Numbered from the stretch's first letter, positions 1 to 12,134 are shown. The stretch is 64,000 bases of DNA from Malacoraja senta (GCA_038087875.1 CM075995.1:3040001-3104000); one strand, 5' to 3'. A program made the numbers and translations. The notes: generated from the letters alone by a model not told the origin.

Positions 1-305
1 TCTGCCTGCTTCATTACCAATGTAATGATTTCATAGACTTTCATTTTGCATCATGTGCAGACACAACATGCAATGAGTGTGCAGTCTTTTAAATAAACCT
101 CCATCTCTTTGTGTACACATGCTATGTTTCAATACATTCCAAAGACATTACTTTAAAAAGAGGATGAGCAATTTATTTGAGTTGGGGTGCCAACCTTTCA
201 TGAGTAAATTCCAAGAGACATTGTCACATCATGTTCTATCATGAGTTATGTCAGATGCAATCACCCACATCATACAAGATGAAACCAAACAACTAGATGA
301 TCATG

Positions 306-885
306 TCCTCTGAGTTATTGCCATTCTGACACACTGAATTAAATCAAATCAAATCCAATGCTTTGCCTGAGCTGTCCAAATGCCATGTAAGAAATGGAAA
401 GGACCGCTAATTCTAACGTCATTTTAGTTTAGTTCAGTTTCGTTTAGTTTTGTTTAGTTTAGTTTAGAGATACAGCACGGAAACAGGCCCTTCGGCCCAC
501 CGAGTCCCTGCCTACCAGTGATCCCAGCAAATTAACACTATCCTACACACAGCATGGAAAATTTATATCTCTAGAAAACCAATTAACCTACAAACCTGTA
601 CGTCTTTGGAGTGTGAGAGGAAACCGAAGATCTCGGAGAAAACCCACGCAGGTCACGGGGAGAACGTACACACTCCGTAAAGACAGCACCCATAGTCGGG
701 ATCGAACCTGGGTCTCCAGCGCTGCAAGGCAGCAACCCTACCGCTGCGCCATCGTGCCGCCACCTCCTCTGACCTATTGCCATTCTGACACACTGAACTA
801 AATCAAATCAAACGCAAGGCTTTGCTTGTGCTGTCCAAGTGCCACATAAGAAATGGAAAGGGCCGCTAATTATAATGCAGCTATA
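306..885 (+). repeat. ~120-bp diverged direct repeat (~306-425 and ~765-885) flanking a SINE
   Basis: cctctga..tattgccattctgacacactgaa.taaatcaaatcaaa...taagaaatggaaagg.ccgctaatt occurs immediately left and right of the SINE at 426-762. Confidence 0.85.
426..762 (-). mobile_element. tRNA-derived V-SINE (HE1-like) with CR1-type tail
   Basis: Minus strand: ggcacgatggcgcagcgg (A box), ggttcgatccc (B box), V-domain cgttctccccgtgacctgcgtgggttttctcc, tail gggccgaagggcctgtttcc, (AAACT)n end. Confidence 0.9.
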
Positions 886-2417
886 GTTTAGTTTATTGGC
901 ACGTGTACTGAGGTATAATGGAAAGCTTTTTGTGGCGTGCTTTTCATTGCGTGCTAACTAGTCAGCAGAAAGGCTATACATGATTACAATTGAGCTGTCC
1001 ACAGTGTACAGGGAATAACATTTAGGGCAAGATAATGTTCGGTAACCTCCGATTAAAGGTGGTCCGAGGGGCTCCAATGAGGTAGATAGTAGCTCAGGAC
1101 CACTCTCTAGTTGTTGATGGGATGGTTCAGTTGCCTGTTCAGAGCTGGGAAGAAACTGTTCCTAAATCTGGAGGTGTATGTTTTCACATTTCTCTACCTC
1201 TTGCCTGATGGGAGAGGGGGAGAAGAGGGGGGTGAGCCTTGTCCTCGATTGTGCCGGTAGCCTCGCCGACGCAGCGTGAGGGTGTAAATGTAGTCAATGG
1301 AACGGAGATTGGTTTGTGTCATGGTCTGGACTGGATGCAGCCCGATAAAATGCATTCTACAACGCAGCTGTGGAAATAAATATGTGTGTAGGATAGTGTT
1401 AGTGTATGGGATGATTGCTGTTCGGCGCGGTCTCGGTGGGCCGAAGGGCCTGTTTCTGTGCTGTACCTCTGAAGTTTAAAGTAAAGAGACATGTATAGGA
1501 CAGGTTTAAAGGGAAATGGGCCAAACACAGGCAGGTGGGACCAGTGTAGCTGGGACATGTTGGTCGGCAAGTTGGGCCGAAGGGCCTGTTTCCACGCTGT
1601 ATGACTCTATGACTCTATGGTAATCACAAACTGCCATGATATTAATTATTTTCCAGAGTACTGTATCTTAAGTGATCTAAATTGATGGAAGATGTTCATT
1701 TTTTGCTTTTTGAAAGGGAACTTTCCCTGGCATTTCTCTGTAAGTCCAAGAGGATAAAATATAATTCAGCTATTGTGTAGAAAGGAGCTACAGATGTTGG
1801 TTTATACCAAAGATAGACACAAAGTGCTGGAGTAACTCAACGGCTCAGGCAGCATCTCTGGAGAAAAAGGTGATGCTTCAGTTCAGGACCCTTCCTCAGA
1901 CTGAAATTATCTATTTATATATAATTATATTTAATTGTCTGTAATCAAACTAATTATACTTATGAACAATAATAAACTGCAGGAACATATCTGCCATCAA
2001 AATATTTTTAAAAATCTTTGTTTTTCCAGCTCTTTATTTTATTAAATATTGCCCAGTCACGAACATAGAGGAACCTCAAAGAGTCCCAGTTAAGTCCTGT
2101 GAGCTGGTGTCAAAGTACATATGTTTGTGGAGTACAGGGCTGAGCATGAGAACTGCTTCTCATCTGGTTTACATTGGTTATATTTCCTGTGCGTAGGAAA
2201 GGAAATGTTCCAAATGTTTCCAGAATAGACAGCAGTAATATTCAGTGTGATATTCATATAATCTGTACAAAATGCCACATGGAATATGATTAGACTTCAG
2301 TTTCACCTACTTTTTTCAACTGTGTAAAAGTGTTCTAAGTGCTGTGAGTCCTCCCTGATAGCTCTTTTCTTATTGTACCTGCTCTATCTCTTCCTTTTTC
2401 TCTTTCTCCCTCTTTCC

Positions 2418-2720
2418 TAGTTTAATCTAGAGATACTGCGCAGAAACAGGCCCTTCGGCCCACCGAGTCTGCACTGACCAGCGATCCCCACACATTAACT
2501 ACACACACACACACACACAGTAGGGACAATTTACATTTATACCCAAGCCAATTGACCTACATACTTGTACGCCTTTGGAGTGTGGGAGGAAAACGGAGAT
2601 TCGCGGAGAAAGCCCCACGCAGGTTTCTCACGGGGAGAACGTACAAACTCCGTACAAACGACACCCGTAGTCGGGATCGAACCCGGGTCTCTGGCTCTGC
2701 AAGCGCTGTCAGGCAACCCT
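2418..2720 (-). mobile_element. V-SINE (HE1-like) copy
   Basis: Same B box, V-domain and CR1-type tail as 426-762; head truncated. Confidence 0.85.
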
Positions 2721-3174
2721 CTCCCTCTTGGTCTGTCTGCCTCCATCAGACTCCATCTGTTGACTCGATCTCTCTGTCTCTGTCTCTGTATCTCTCTTCA
2801 CCTATCTCTGTTTCTGATTCCTTTGTCTTCCTGTCTCATAATGAAACGGTGAAACATTTACATGTGTATCAAATAACCGATCTCTGTCTCCAGCTCTGTC
2901 TCTATCTTTTTGTTTCCTGTCTGACTTGCTACCGATGTGCTTCACACGGAACACAGTATGGGAGCACCGGGACACCCACCGGTCCTGGTGGACAGAAGAG
3001 GATCGATCACACAGTTGGGGCTGGTTGCAGAAAGCAGCAGCCAAAGTGGGGCCCCTATTTCTGGATTCAATGTCGCAAGAGCTTTAACCATGTGATTTGG
3101 ACAAACGGACAAAATGGGAGATTGAACTGTGTCCTCCTCAGTGGGTGGTTAAAGGACATCTATGTGTACTGAGA

Positions 3175-3680
3175 GAGTGGGTGTGTGTCTGTGTGGGTGC
3201 ATGTAGCGTTGTTTCAGGTGTATGCGTTGTGCGAGTGTGCTTCAGCGGGTTTGTGAGGGCATATGTGAGCATGGGTAAGTGTGTGTGTGTGTGTGAGAGA
3301 GTGAGTGGTGGGTGTGAGAATAGGTATGCATGTGTGTGTACCCATGGAGGTGGATTTTAGCATATGCGTGTGTGTATGTGTGTTTGTGAGACGGTATGGT
3401 GGGTGTGAAAATTTGTATGCATGTGTGTGAACCCATGGGTGGATTTGAGATAGTATGTGCGAGTATGTGTGTGTGCAGGTACATGTGTGCGTGAGCATGT
3501 TTGTGTGTGTGTATGTTTGTGTGTGCCTGTGGGCATGTGTGTGCGTGTGTGTATATGTGCGTGAGTGTGTGTGTTTTTGTGTGTGTGTGTGTGATTGTGC
3601 GTGCATGTTTGTATTTGTGAGTGTGTGTGTGTGTTTTTGTGTGTGCATGAGTGCACGTGTGTGTGAATGTGTGTGTGCGT
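3175..3680. repeat. Degenerate (TG)n microsatellite tract
   Basis: Imperfect GT dinucleotide run; source of the spurious His/Thr and Cys/Val ORFs. Confidence 0.95.
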
Positions 3681-4277
3681 TTTGGTCTCCCATTATCAGA
3701 AGGGTGCCCGTTCAAATAAACACAGATATGCTTGTGGCATTTAAGAGGCTTTTAGATAGGCACATGGAAGTTCAGGGAATAGAGTGGATCACGTCCAGGC
3801 AGATGAGATCAGGCACATACATATGGAGGGGAATGGATTTTGTGCAGGCAGATAAGAGTTGGTCTTGGCATCATGTTCGGCACAGATATTTTTGGGTCAA
3901 AAGACCTATTCTGGTGCTGTACTGTTTTATGTTCTATATGTAATAGAAGTTGTCATACTGACTCAAAAGATAATGCAAGCACCGTCGACAATTCACACCA
4001 ATTTAATCTTAGTTTAATCAGGATGCCGCAGATAGTTGATTTAATTACAAATTGCTACTTGAATACCCATGGCTTTGACACACCAGTTAAGGTTACCTTT
4101 GATTTAATAGAGATCTTTGAGATTAAGAAAGATTTTGTTAAAGTCAATAATGATGAATTGTCTCTAAGAGGCAAGACAATGGAACCAGGAGGTTGTCAAT
4201 GTAAAATGGCTGTGAAGTAAAATTAAGGACATGATTATTTGGACAAAGGATAGTTGAAATGTGATTTCCAATGAAAA

Positions 4278-4556
4278 ACCAAACGCAGGCAAGCCGATTG
4301 TTTTGCTGAACACCTCCGCTCAGACCGCCTAAACCTACCTGATCTCCCGGTTGCTCCCCCTCCCATTCCCACACTGACCTTTCTGTCCTGGGCCTCCTCC
4401 ATTGTCAGAGTGAGGCCCAGTGCAAATTGGAGGAACAGCACGTCATATTTCGCTTGGGTAGCTTACACCCCAGCGGTATGAACATTGACTTCTCTAACTT
4501 CAAGTAACCCTTGTTTTCCCTCTCGCTCCATCCCCTCCTCCTTCCCAGTTCTCCCA
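4278..4556 (+). mobile_element. Penelope-like element relic, GIY-YIG endonuclease C-terminal region
   Basis: Translates (broken) to TKRR..CFAEHLRS...SHSHTDLSVLGLLHCQSEAQCKLEEQHVIFRLGSLHPSGMNIDFSNFK*; near-identical to the GIY-YIG relic at 15517-16030. Confidence 0.8.
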
Positions 4557-4711
4557 CCTTCTTCACCCGGAGAGTTGTGAATCTGTGGAATTCTCTGCCA
4601 CAGAAGGCAGTGCAGGCCAATTCATTGGATGTTTTCAAGAAAGAGTTAGATTTAGATCTTAGGAATCAAGGGATATGGGGGAAAAGCAGGAACAGGGTAC
4701 TGATTTTAGAT

Positions 4712-4842
4712 CAGTCTGAAGAAGGGTTTCGGCCCGAAACGTTGCCTATTTCCTTCGCTCCATAGATGCTGCTGCACCCGCTGTGTTTCTCCAGCATTTT
4801 TGTGAACCTTCGATTTTCCAGCATCTGCAGTTCCTTCTTAAA
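4712..4842 (+). mobile_element. 131-bp Penelope-derived terminal module with hammerhead core, inserted into a CR1 3' fragment
   Basis: 14-bp TSD tactgattttagat at 4698-4711 and 4843-4856; CR1 sequence is continuous across the site. Confidence 0.85.
4716..4746 (+). ncRNA. Minimal type I hammerhead-ribozyme motif (related copies near 5138, 7811, 16524, and 20441-20470 on minus)
   Basis: CTGAAGA-a-GGGTT tc GGCCC-GAAAC-GTT: CUGANGA core, stem II, GAAA, palindromic AACGTT vestigial stem III. Confidence 0.7.
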
Positions 4843-5573
4843 TACTGATTTTAGATGATCAGCCATGATCATATTGAATGGCGGTGCTGGCTCGAAGGGC
4901 TGAATGGCCTACTCCTGCAGCAATTTTTCTATATTTCCTTGTTTTTCTATGTTTCTACCGGTCTTACTTTTTTTTAGTCTGAAGAAACCCTTCTTCAGTT
5001 TGAAGAAGGGTTTCGGCCCGAAATGTTGCCTATTTCCTTCGCTCCATAGATGCTGCTGCACCCGCTGAGTTTCTCCAGCATTTTTGTGTACCTTTACTTT
5101 TTTTAATCTCTGTACCGCCCACTCCCCTGACATCAGTCTGAAGAAGGGTCTCAATCCGAAACGTCACCCATTCCTTCTCTCAAGAGATGCTGCCTGTCCC
5201 GCTGAGTTACTCCATCATTTTGTGTCTATCTTTGAAATGTGATGTTCCCTGCCACAAACCCATTGCTAATGGAGAAACCTTTTTAAATGGAAAATTTGAT
5301 AGTTGCTTGAAAAAGATGTCGAGAACACAGATGGTTTGTATGAACTAGAAACTGACACCGATGGATCCAAATAGATGCCTCTTCCCCACAAATATTCTCA
5401 GTTCTTCTGACTAATCTGATGTGGATGCTGGCTGCCTTTATTGTGGCAGTGACTCCTGTAAATCCCTTCGATACTGGGGAGGTCAGTAGCTGTGCTGGAC
5501 TGGGCAGTGTTCACCACTTTTTGCAATCTGCTTAAATCCTGGGCAATCGAGTTGCTAAACCAGTCAATATGCA

Positions 5574-5835
5574 ATGGTAGAGCTGCTGCCTTCGACCCAA
5601 CAGAAATCTGGGTTCCATCCTGACCACGGGTTCTGTCGGTAACGGAGTTTGTATATTCTCCCTGTGACCGCGTGGGTTTTCCCTCGGTGCTCCGGTTTCC
5701 TGCCGCACTTCAAAGACATACAGGTTTGTAGGTTAATTGTAAATTGTCCCTAGTATGTGTAGGATGTTGCAAGTGTTCGGGGTGATCGCTTGTCGGAGCG
5801 GACTCGGTGGGCCTGTTCCCGGACTGTATTTCTGA
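5574..5835 (+). mobile_element. V-SINE (HE1-like) copy, diverged
   Basis: ggtagagctgctgcc..gggttccatcctgacc..V-domain..ggtgggcctgttcc. Confidence 0.8.
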
Positions 5836-5997
5836 ATCTCCAAATATTTATTGATTCATTTGTAAAGTAGTTTCTCAAGTAAAATCCACTAAGTTTAGGT
5901 GCTCTGTTCATTGTATGTCTTGAAAGGTCTACCATATTTTGATTTAGAATAGCAAACCTTCCTTCCAATACAGTTTGGATTACATTATTGAATAGGT

Positions 5998-6283
5998 GAC
6001 AGGTCCTTCAGCCCAACAACTCCACGCTGACCAGCGATCCCCGCACATTAACACTATCCTACACACACTGGGGACAATTTACACATACACCAAGCCAATT
6101 AAGCTACATACCTGAACGTTTTTGGAGTGTGAGAGGAAACCGAAGATCTCGGAGAAAACCCCCGCAGTCACGGGGAGGACGTGCAAACTCCGTATAGACA
6201 GCACCAGTAGTCGGGATCGAACCCGGGTCCTTGGCGCTGCAAACGCTGTAAGGCAGCAACCCTCCCGCTGCGCCACTGTGCCT
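5998..6283 (-). mobile_element. V-SINE (HE1-like) copy
   Basis: A/B boxes, V-domain and tail on minus strand. Confidence 0.85.
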
Positions 6284-7127
6284 TATCGCCCGATCATAAT
6301 CTATTCTTTGTGACTCCCCTCTCGGGATTGCATCTGGAAGCTGCCATGCTGTATGCTCAGGTTGCCATTGGTGACCTGCCATTACCATACATCATCATGA
6401 ATTTTTCACACGCATTACAAATTCAGGCCTTTGCTTCAAAAGTATTAAGCTGAACTATCCGTGAACTGAGCGTGGTAAGCAAGGGTCCATTACGTAGAAT
6501 CAGCCACTCAGTCCCTCGGGCCTCTTCTGCCGTTGAATCAAGTAAACAACTGATCTGAATATTTTTTACTGTTGTTGCTGCTTGTCTTTCTCCAGGCACC
6601 ACTTCAGCCCAGAAATGAATGCCAGGAACCATCAGCGTGCGCAGTCTTAGCTGGTAGATGTTAGAGAGTTAGATATAGCTCTTGGGGCTAACGGAATCGA
6701 GGGATATGGGGAGAGAGCAGGAACGGGGTACTGATTTTGGATGATCAGCCACGATCATATTGAATGGTAGTACTGGGCCGAAGGGCTTACTCCTACGCCT
6801 ATTTTCTATGTTCTATGTTTCTATGTTATCACCAGCTGTCTTGCAAAGCGACTTGGATTTAAATCCATCCCTGATTATTATAGTACATTGAACAAAGAAA
6901 AGTTCAGCACAGAAACAGGCCCTTTGGCATATATCTGTGCCTCTCATAATGTTATACTTCTATTGCTGTTATTATTACAACAATCACTGATAATCTTGGA
7001 GTCGTAGAGACATAGAGTGCTACAGCGTGGAAACACTCCCTTCAGCCCAATTTGCCCACACCGGCCGACATGTCCCAGCTACACTAGTCTCACCTGCCTG
7101 CATTTGGTCCATATCCCTCCAAACCAT

Positions 7128-7520
7128 ATCCCTCCCTCCAGATCTATCGAAGTCGCTGCCTCAAAAAGGCAGCCAACATCATCAGAGACCCCCACCATCC
7201 TGGCCACACACTCATTTCACCACTACCATCGGGAAGAAGGTACAGGAGCCTGAAAACTGTAACATCCAGGTTCAGGAACAGCTACTTCCCCACAGCCATC
7301 AGGCTATTAAACACGGCAACAAATAAGCTCTGAACTGCAACAGACTATTACTATTATTGCCCTATATTTGTTTAATTATTGTGCATGTGTATATATACAC
7401 ACTGAACATTTTTATTTTTTCTCCCGTTATGTACTATGTTTACATATTCTGTTGTGCTGCAGCAAGTAAGAATTTCATTGTCCTATCTGGGACATATGAC
7501 AATAAAACACTCTTCTTGAC
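7128..7520 (+). mobile_element. Rex1/Babar 3' fragment nested in a CR1 tail
   Basis: [56 protein letters not shown] plus 3'UTR ending gacaataaa; CR1 tail resumes at ctatccatgtacc. Confidence 0.85.
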
Positions 7521-8094
7521 TATCCATGTACCTGCCTAACTGTTCCTTAAATGTTGGGATCGTCCCAACCTCAACTACCTCCTCCGACAGCTTAATCCCA
7601 CCAACCTTTGTGTGAAAACGTTACCCCCTCACCTGTATCCACCTATCACCCCCCCCCCCCCCTCATCTGTATCCACCAATCACCCCCTTCACCTGTATCC
7701 ACCTCATCTGTATCCACCAATCACCCCCCTCACCGGTGTCCACCTATCACTCACCAGGCTTTGCACCACTTCCACCTCTTTCCCAGCTTTCTCCCCCCTA
7801 CTCCATCAATCTGAAGAAGGGACCCGCCCCGAAACGACGTCTGTCCATTCCCTCCACAGATGCTGCATGAGTGGCTGAGTTCCTCCAGCACTCCGTGCTT
7901 TGCTCAAGAATTGCAGCACCTACAGTTCCTTGCCTCCGCTTCACTGACTGTGCTTCCAATGCACTCTCACCGAGACACTGCTCCGGCACTGAGATGCTGC
8001 CGGTCATGTCGAATATTTCCCCCTCCCCTTCCTCGTTCCCCCCCCCCTGTTCCCCCCTCCCCCATCCCCCTCGTGCCTTTGTTTATTGCCACGT

Positions 8095-8415
8095 TAAGTT
8101 TAGTTTAATTTAGTTTAGAGAAGCAGCGTGGAAACAGGCCCTTCGGCCCACAGAGTCCGTGCCTACCAGAGATCCCTGCACACTCACATTACCCTAAACA
8201 CACCAGCGATAATTTACATTTATACCAAGCCAATTAACCTACAAACCTGTACGTCTTTGGAGTGTGAGAGGAAACCGGAGATCCCAAAGAAAACCCATGC
8301 AGGTTATGGGGAGAACGTACAAATACCGTACAGACAAGCACCCGTAGTCGGGGATCGAACTCGGGTCCCTGGCACTGTAAGGCAGCAACTCTACCGCTGT
8401 GCCACAGTGCCGCCC
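8095..8415 (-). mobile_element. V-SINE (HE1-like) copy
   Basis: Complete head, V-domain and (AAACT)n tail. Confidence 0.85.
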
Positions 8416-9014
8416 TGAACTAAAATAGTCTACACTAAAATAGTTGACTTTGGAAGAGGAAGGTTGAGGATCCACAAACCTGTTTTCATCGGCAGAGTCA
8501 AAAACTTAAAATACCTGGGCGTGCATATCTCTGAAGATCTGTCCTGGACTCAGCACGTTGATGCAATCATAAAGAAAGCCCATCAACGCCTGTACTTCCT
8601 TAGAAGATTGAGGAGTTTTGGTTTGTCAACAACTACTCCCTTGGACTTCCACAGGTGTACAGTCGAGACCACATCGACCGATTTTCTTCTGGGTGCCCCG
8701 CTTTCCTCCCACATCTCAAAGACTCCTCCTTGGGATTTGTATTTTCCCCCTAGTATGTGAGGGGTGGGTGAGAAAGTGGGATAACATAGATGTAGTGTGA
8801 ATGGGTGAACACAGAATGCTGGAGTAACGGGCCAGGCAGCATCTCTGGAGAGAAGGAATGGGTGACGTTTCGGATGGCCAAAACTAAACTAAACTGAACT
8901 AAACTAAACTGAACATCTGCAGGTCCTTCTTAAACATAAACTAAACTTAACCTACTCAAAAAATCTCAAGGTAATCCAGCATAGTATTATCAAAGAGTAT
9001 TTCACACCATACTA

Positions 9015-9154
9015 TTTCTTCTTCTTGCGTACGGCGTGCACAGCCTAAAGTTGTAGGACAACTTGTTCTATTTGATCTTATTTGATTGTGCACGCCGGGT
9101 TAATGCATTCGTCGAAATAGGGCGGACCACGTGAAGGTTGCAATCTCCCACCCC
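9015..9154 (-). mobile_element. 140-bp non-autonomous retroposon with ribozyme-like head and (AAG)n tail
   Basis: TSD accatacta (9006-9014) / accgtacta (9155-9163); minus-strand 3' end caagaagaagaaa; internal 10-bp stem ggcgtgcaca/tgtgcacgcc. Confidence 0.8.
9102..9154 (-). ncRNA. Minimal HDV-like self-cleaving ribozyme fold
   Basis: GGGGTGG(P1) GAG ATTGCA(P2) ACC(P3) TTCACGT(L3) GGT(P3') CCGCCCT(P1', G1.U wobble) A TTTCGA C GAA TGCATT(P2'); no P4; P1.1 position is A rather than G in this copy. Confidence 0.75.
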
Positions 9155-9416
9155 ACCGTACTACTAGAGGAGAGCAAATAGAATGAAATATGTGGTTACG
9201 AAGAAGCAACAAAAAGATTTTTAGACGGTTTTAAACATGGGCCAAGCAGCTGACAAGGCTGCTGGCAGTGCGATGAAAGGTAGGGTTGTGCAGGAAACCA
9301 ACTGGGTTGCAGGTAATGTCAAGTATCTCACACATCCAGCATACGAATAGCTTGCCGATATTTGCGAGCTACACTGTGACATAATCGAGAGGGCGTACTA
9401 CTGCAGAACACAATTG

Positions 9417-9740
9417 TTCAGTTTAGTTTAGTTTAGAGATACAACACTGAAACATGCCCTTCGACCCATCAAGTCTGCACCGACCAGCGATCCCCGCACA
9501 TTAACACTATCCTACACACACTTGGGACAATTTACTTTTTATTGTATACCAAGCCAATTAACCTACAAACTGTAAGGCTTTGGAGTGTAGGAGGAAAGCG
9601 GAGATCTCGGAGAAAGCCCACGGGTTCACGGGGAGAACGTAAGAACTCCGTACAGACAGCACCCGTAGTCGGCATCGATCCCAGGTCAATGCCGCTGCAA
9701 GCGCTGTAAGGCAGCAGCTCTACCGCTGCCCCACCGTGCC
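9417..9740 (-). mobile_element. V-SINE (HE1-like) copy
   Basis: Complete head, V-domain and tail. Confidence 0.85.
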
Positions 9741-10159
9741 TCCTAAACTCCCTACAATTCTATTTTACATTGTTTCCACAGCCTGCTGGATAAGGAACCT
9801 GAAATAAGGCAACTATATCTGCTGGGTGCCCCACGGTTGAACCTGACATGCATTAATCAGCAGTTACAACACTCTTTGGTGCTGTCCATTAAGTTGTCCC
9901 ACTGACTTTATTGTTAGCTCAGACTGCACTTTGAATGAACTTCCCAACCAGAAAATAAATCAGCGGCGGCTGTGCACCAAACAGCCAGAGGGAATCGTGA
10001 ACGTTCTCAGAGAGGTGAGACGGTAGAAGCAATCTGAAAACTCAAATGCACTTATCTCTGCAGGGCCCGCTGCTCATTTTGAAAGAAAACATTTCTCGAT
10101 GTGATAACCCTGTACAAATACTAAACATCACTCATTCTTCTTGGGACCGCTGGAGCATT

Positions 10160-11160
10160 CTTTTCATTCAGAAAGTTGTGAGTCTGTGGAATTCTCTTCC
10201 TCAGAGGGCCGGTGGAAGCCGGTGTTCTGGATACTTTCAAGGGAGAGTTAGATAGGGCTCTCAAAGATAGTGAAGTCAGGGGATATGGGGAGAAGGCAGG
10301 AACGGGGTACTGATTGGGGATGATCACATTGAATGGCGGTGCTGGCTCGATGGGCCAAATGGCCTACTCCTACACCTATCGTCTATTGTCAATTGTGTAT
10401 TGAATGGCCGTGCTGGCTCGAAGGGCTGAATGGCCTACTCCTGTACCTATTGTCTATTGTCTATTGTCTATTGTCCTATTCCTGAAACACACACAACAAA
10501 ATATTAAAAGAGAAAATAACTTGGATCAAGAACCAGAGAGCATAGGTTTAAGGTGAAGGGGGAGAAAGATTGCACAGGAACCTGAGGGGTATCCTTTTCA
10601 CACAAAGGGTGGTGGGTGTATGGAACCAGCTGCTGGAGGAGGTAGTTGAGGCAGTTACTATTGCACCATTGAAGAAGCAATTAGATGGGTATATGGAAAG
10701 GACAGGTTTAGAGGGATTTGGGCCAAATGCAGGCAAGTGGGACTAGTGCAGAATGAACATTGAATTGAATTAGACTTTATTAAGGAGTGGGCAAGTTGGG
10801 CTGAAGGGCCTGTTTGCACAATCTATGACTCTATGCCTTTATGACTCACACAGAACACCAGGTGTTTATTAACAGCAGAATACTTTTTGCTGATCAGAGT
10901 CATAGAGTGATACTGTCCTATCACTCCATGTACCTATCTAACTGCTTCTTAAACGTTGGGATAGTCCCAACCTCAACTATCTCCCCTGGCAGCTTGTTCC
11001 ATACACCCACCACCCTTTGTGTGAAAAAGTTACCCCTCAGATTCCTATTAATCCTTTCCCCTTCATCTTGAACCTATGTCCTCTGGTCCTCGATTCACCT
11101 ACTCTGGGGCAAGAGACTCTGTGCTACCTGATCTACTGCCCTCATGATCCTATACACCTC
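10160..11160. mobile_element. Cluster of CR1 3'-end fragments in both orientations
   Basis: FIQKVVSLWNSLPQ and FTQRVVGVWN motifs; tails (CTATTGT)n and (ATGACTCT)n. Confidence 0.8.
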
Positions 11161-11164
11161 TATA

Positions 11165-11915
11165 TACATACATAGATACATAGAAAATAGGTGCAGGAGT
11201 AGGCCATTCGGCCCTTCGAGCCTGCACCGCCATTCAATATGATCATGGCTGATCATCCAACTCAGTATCCCGTACCTGCCTTCTCTCCATACCCCCTGAT
11301 CCCTTTAGCCACAAGGGCCACATCTAACTCCCTCTTAAGTATAGCCAATGAACTGGCGTCAACTACCCTCTGTGGCAGAGAGTTCCAGAGATTCACCACT
11401 CTCTGTGTGAAAAAGTTTTTCCTCATCTCGGTCTTAAAGGATTTCCCCCTTATCCTTAAGCTGTGACCCCTTGTCCTGGACTTCCCCAACATCGGGAACA
11501 ATCTTCCTGCATCTAGCCTGTCCAACCCCATAAGAATTTTGTACGTTTCTATAAGATCCCCTCTCAATCTCCTAAATTCTAGCGAGTATAAGCCAAGTCT
11601 ATCCAGTCTTTCTTCATATGAAAGTCCTGACATCCCAGGAATCAGTCTGGTGAACCTTCTCTGCACTCCCTCTATGGCTATAATGTCCTTCCTCAGATTT
11701 GGAGACCAAAACTGTACGCAATACTCCAGGTGTGGTCTCACCAAGACCCTGTACAACTGCAGTAGAACCTCCCTGCTCCTATACTCAAATCCTCTTGCTA
11801 TGAAGGCCAACATACCATTTGCTTTCTTCACTGCCTGCTGCACCTGCATGCCTACTTTCAATGACTGGTGTACCATGACACCCAGGTCTCGCTGCACCTC
11901 CCCATTTCCTAATCG
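11165..11915 (-). mobile_element. 5'-truncated CR1 LINE with open ORF2 C-terminus (11262-11897)
   Basis: RDLGVMVHQSLK..LVRPHLEYCVQFWSP..RRLRGDLIETYKI..FFTQRVVNLWNSLP; 3' tail ttctatgtatctatg. Confidence 0.95.
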
Positions 11916-12057
11916 GCCACCTCATCCTCCTGGACACATAGACGATGTATTGGAGAAATGGTAGTCAATGTTCAAACAGCAATGTCCCACAAACAGCAAT
12001 GGGATAACGCCAAGACGGAGGGTCTTAATGATTGATGAATACATTTTATTCCTGCTC

Positions 12058-12134
12058 TTCAAGAACTCCGCCTCTGGATATGGACACCCCAAGCCAGTGC
12101 CGGTCCCAAGCCCAGACAAAGGAGGAAGGTTGGG
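12058..12134 (+). ncRNA. Twister ribozyme fold (P1-type with P3), partly decayed
   Basis: TTCAA(P1) GAA CTCC(P2) GCC [ctgg..ccag P3] G CCGG(P4) TCCCAAGC CCAG ACAAA GGAG(P2') GAAGG TTGGG(P1'); core matches the twister motif GCCGGUCCCAAGCCCGG. Confidence 0.75.

Noticed and set aside
426..762. tRNA genes at SINE heads
   Set aside because: A/B boxes run straight into the V-domain and CR1 tail; I could not build a full cloverleaf.
3214..3943. 150-160 aa His/Thr- and Cys/Val-rich ORFs (similar ones at 32409-32842)
   Set aside because: Translations of TG/CA microsatellites.
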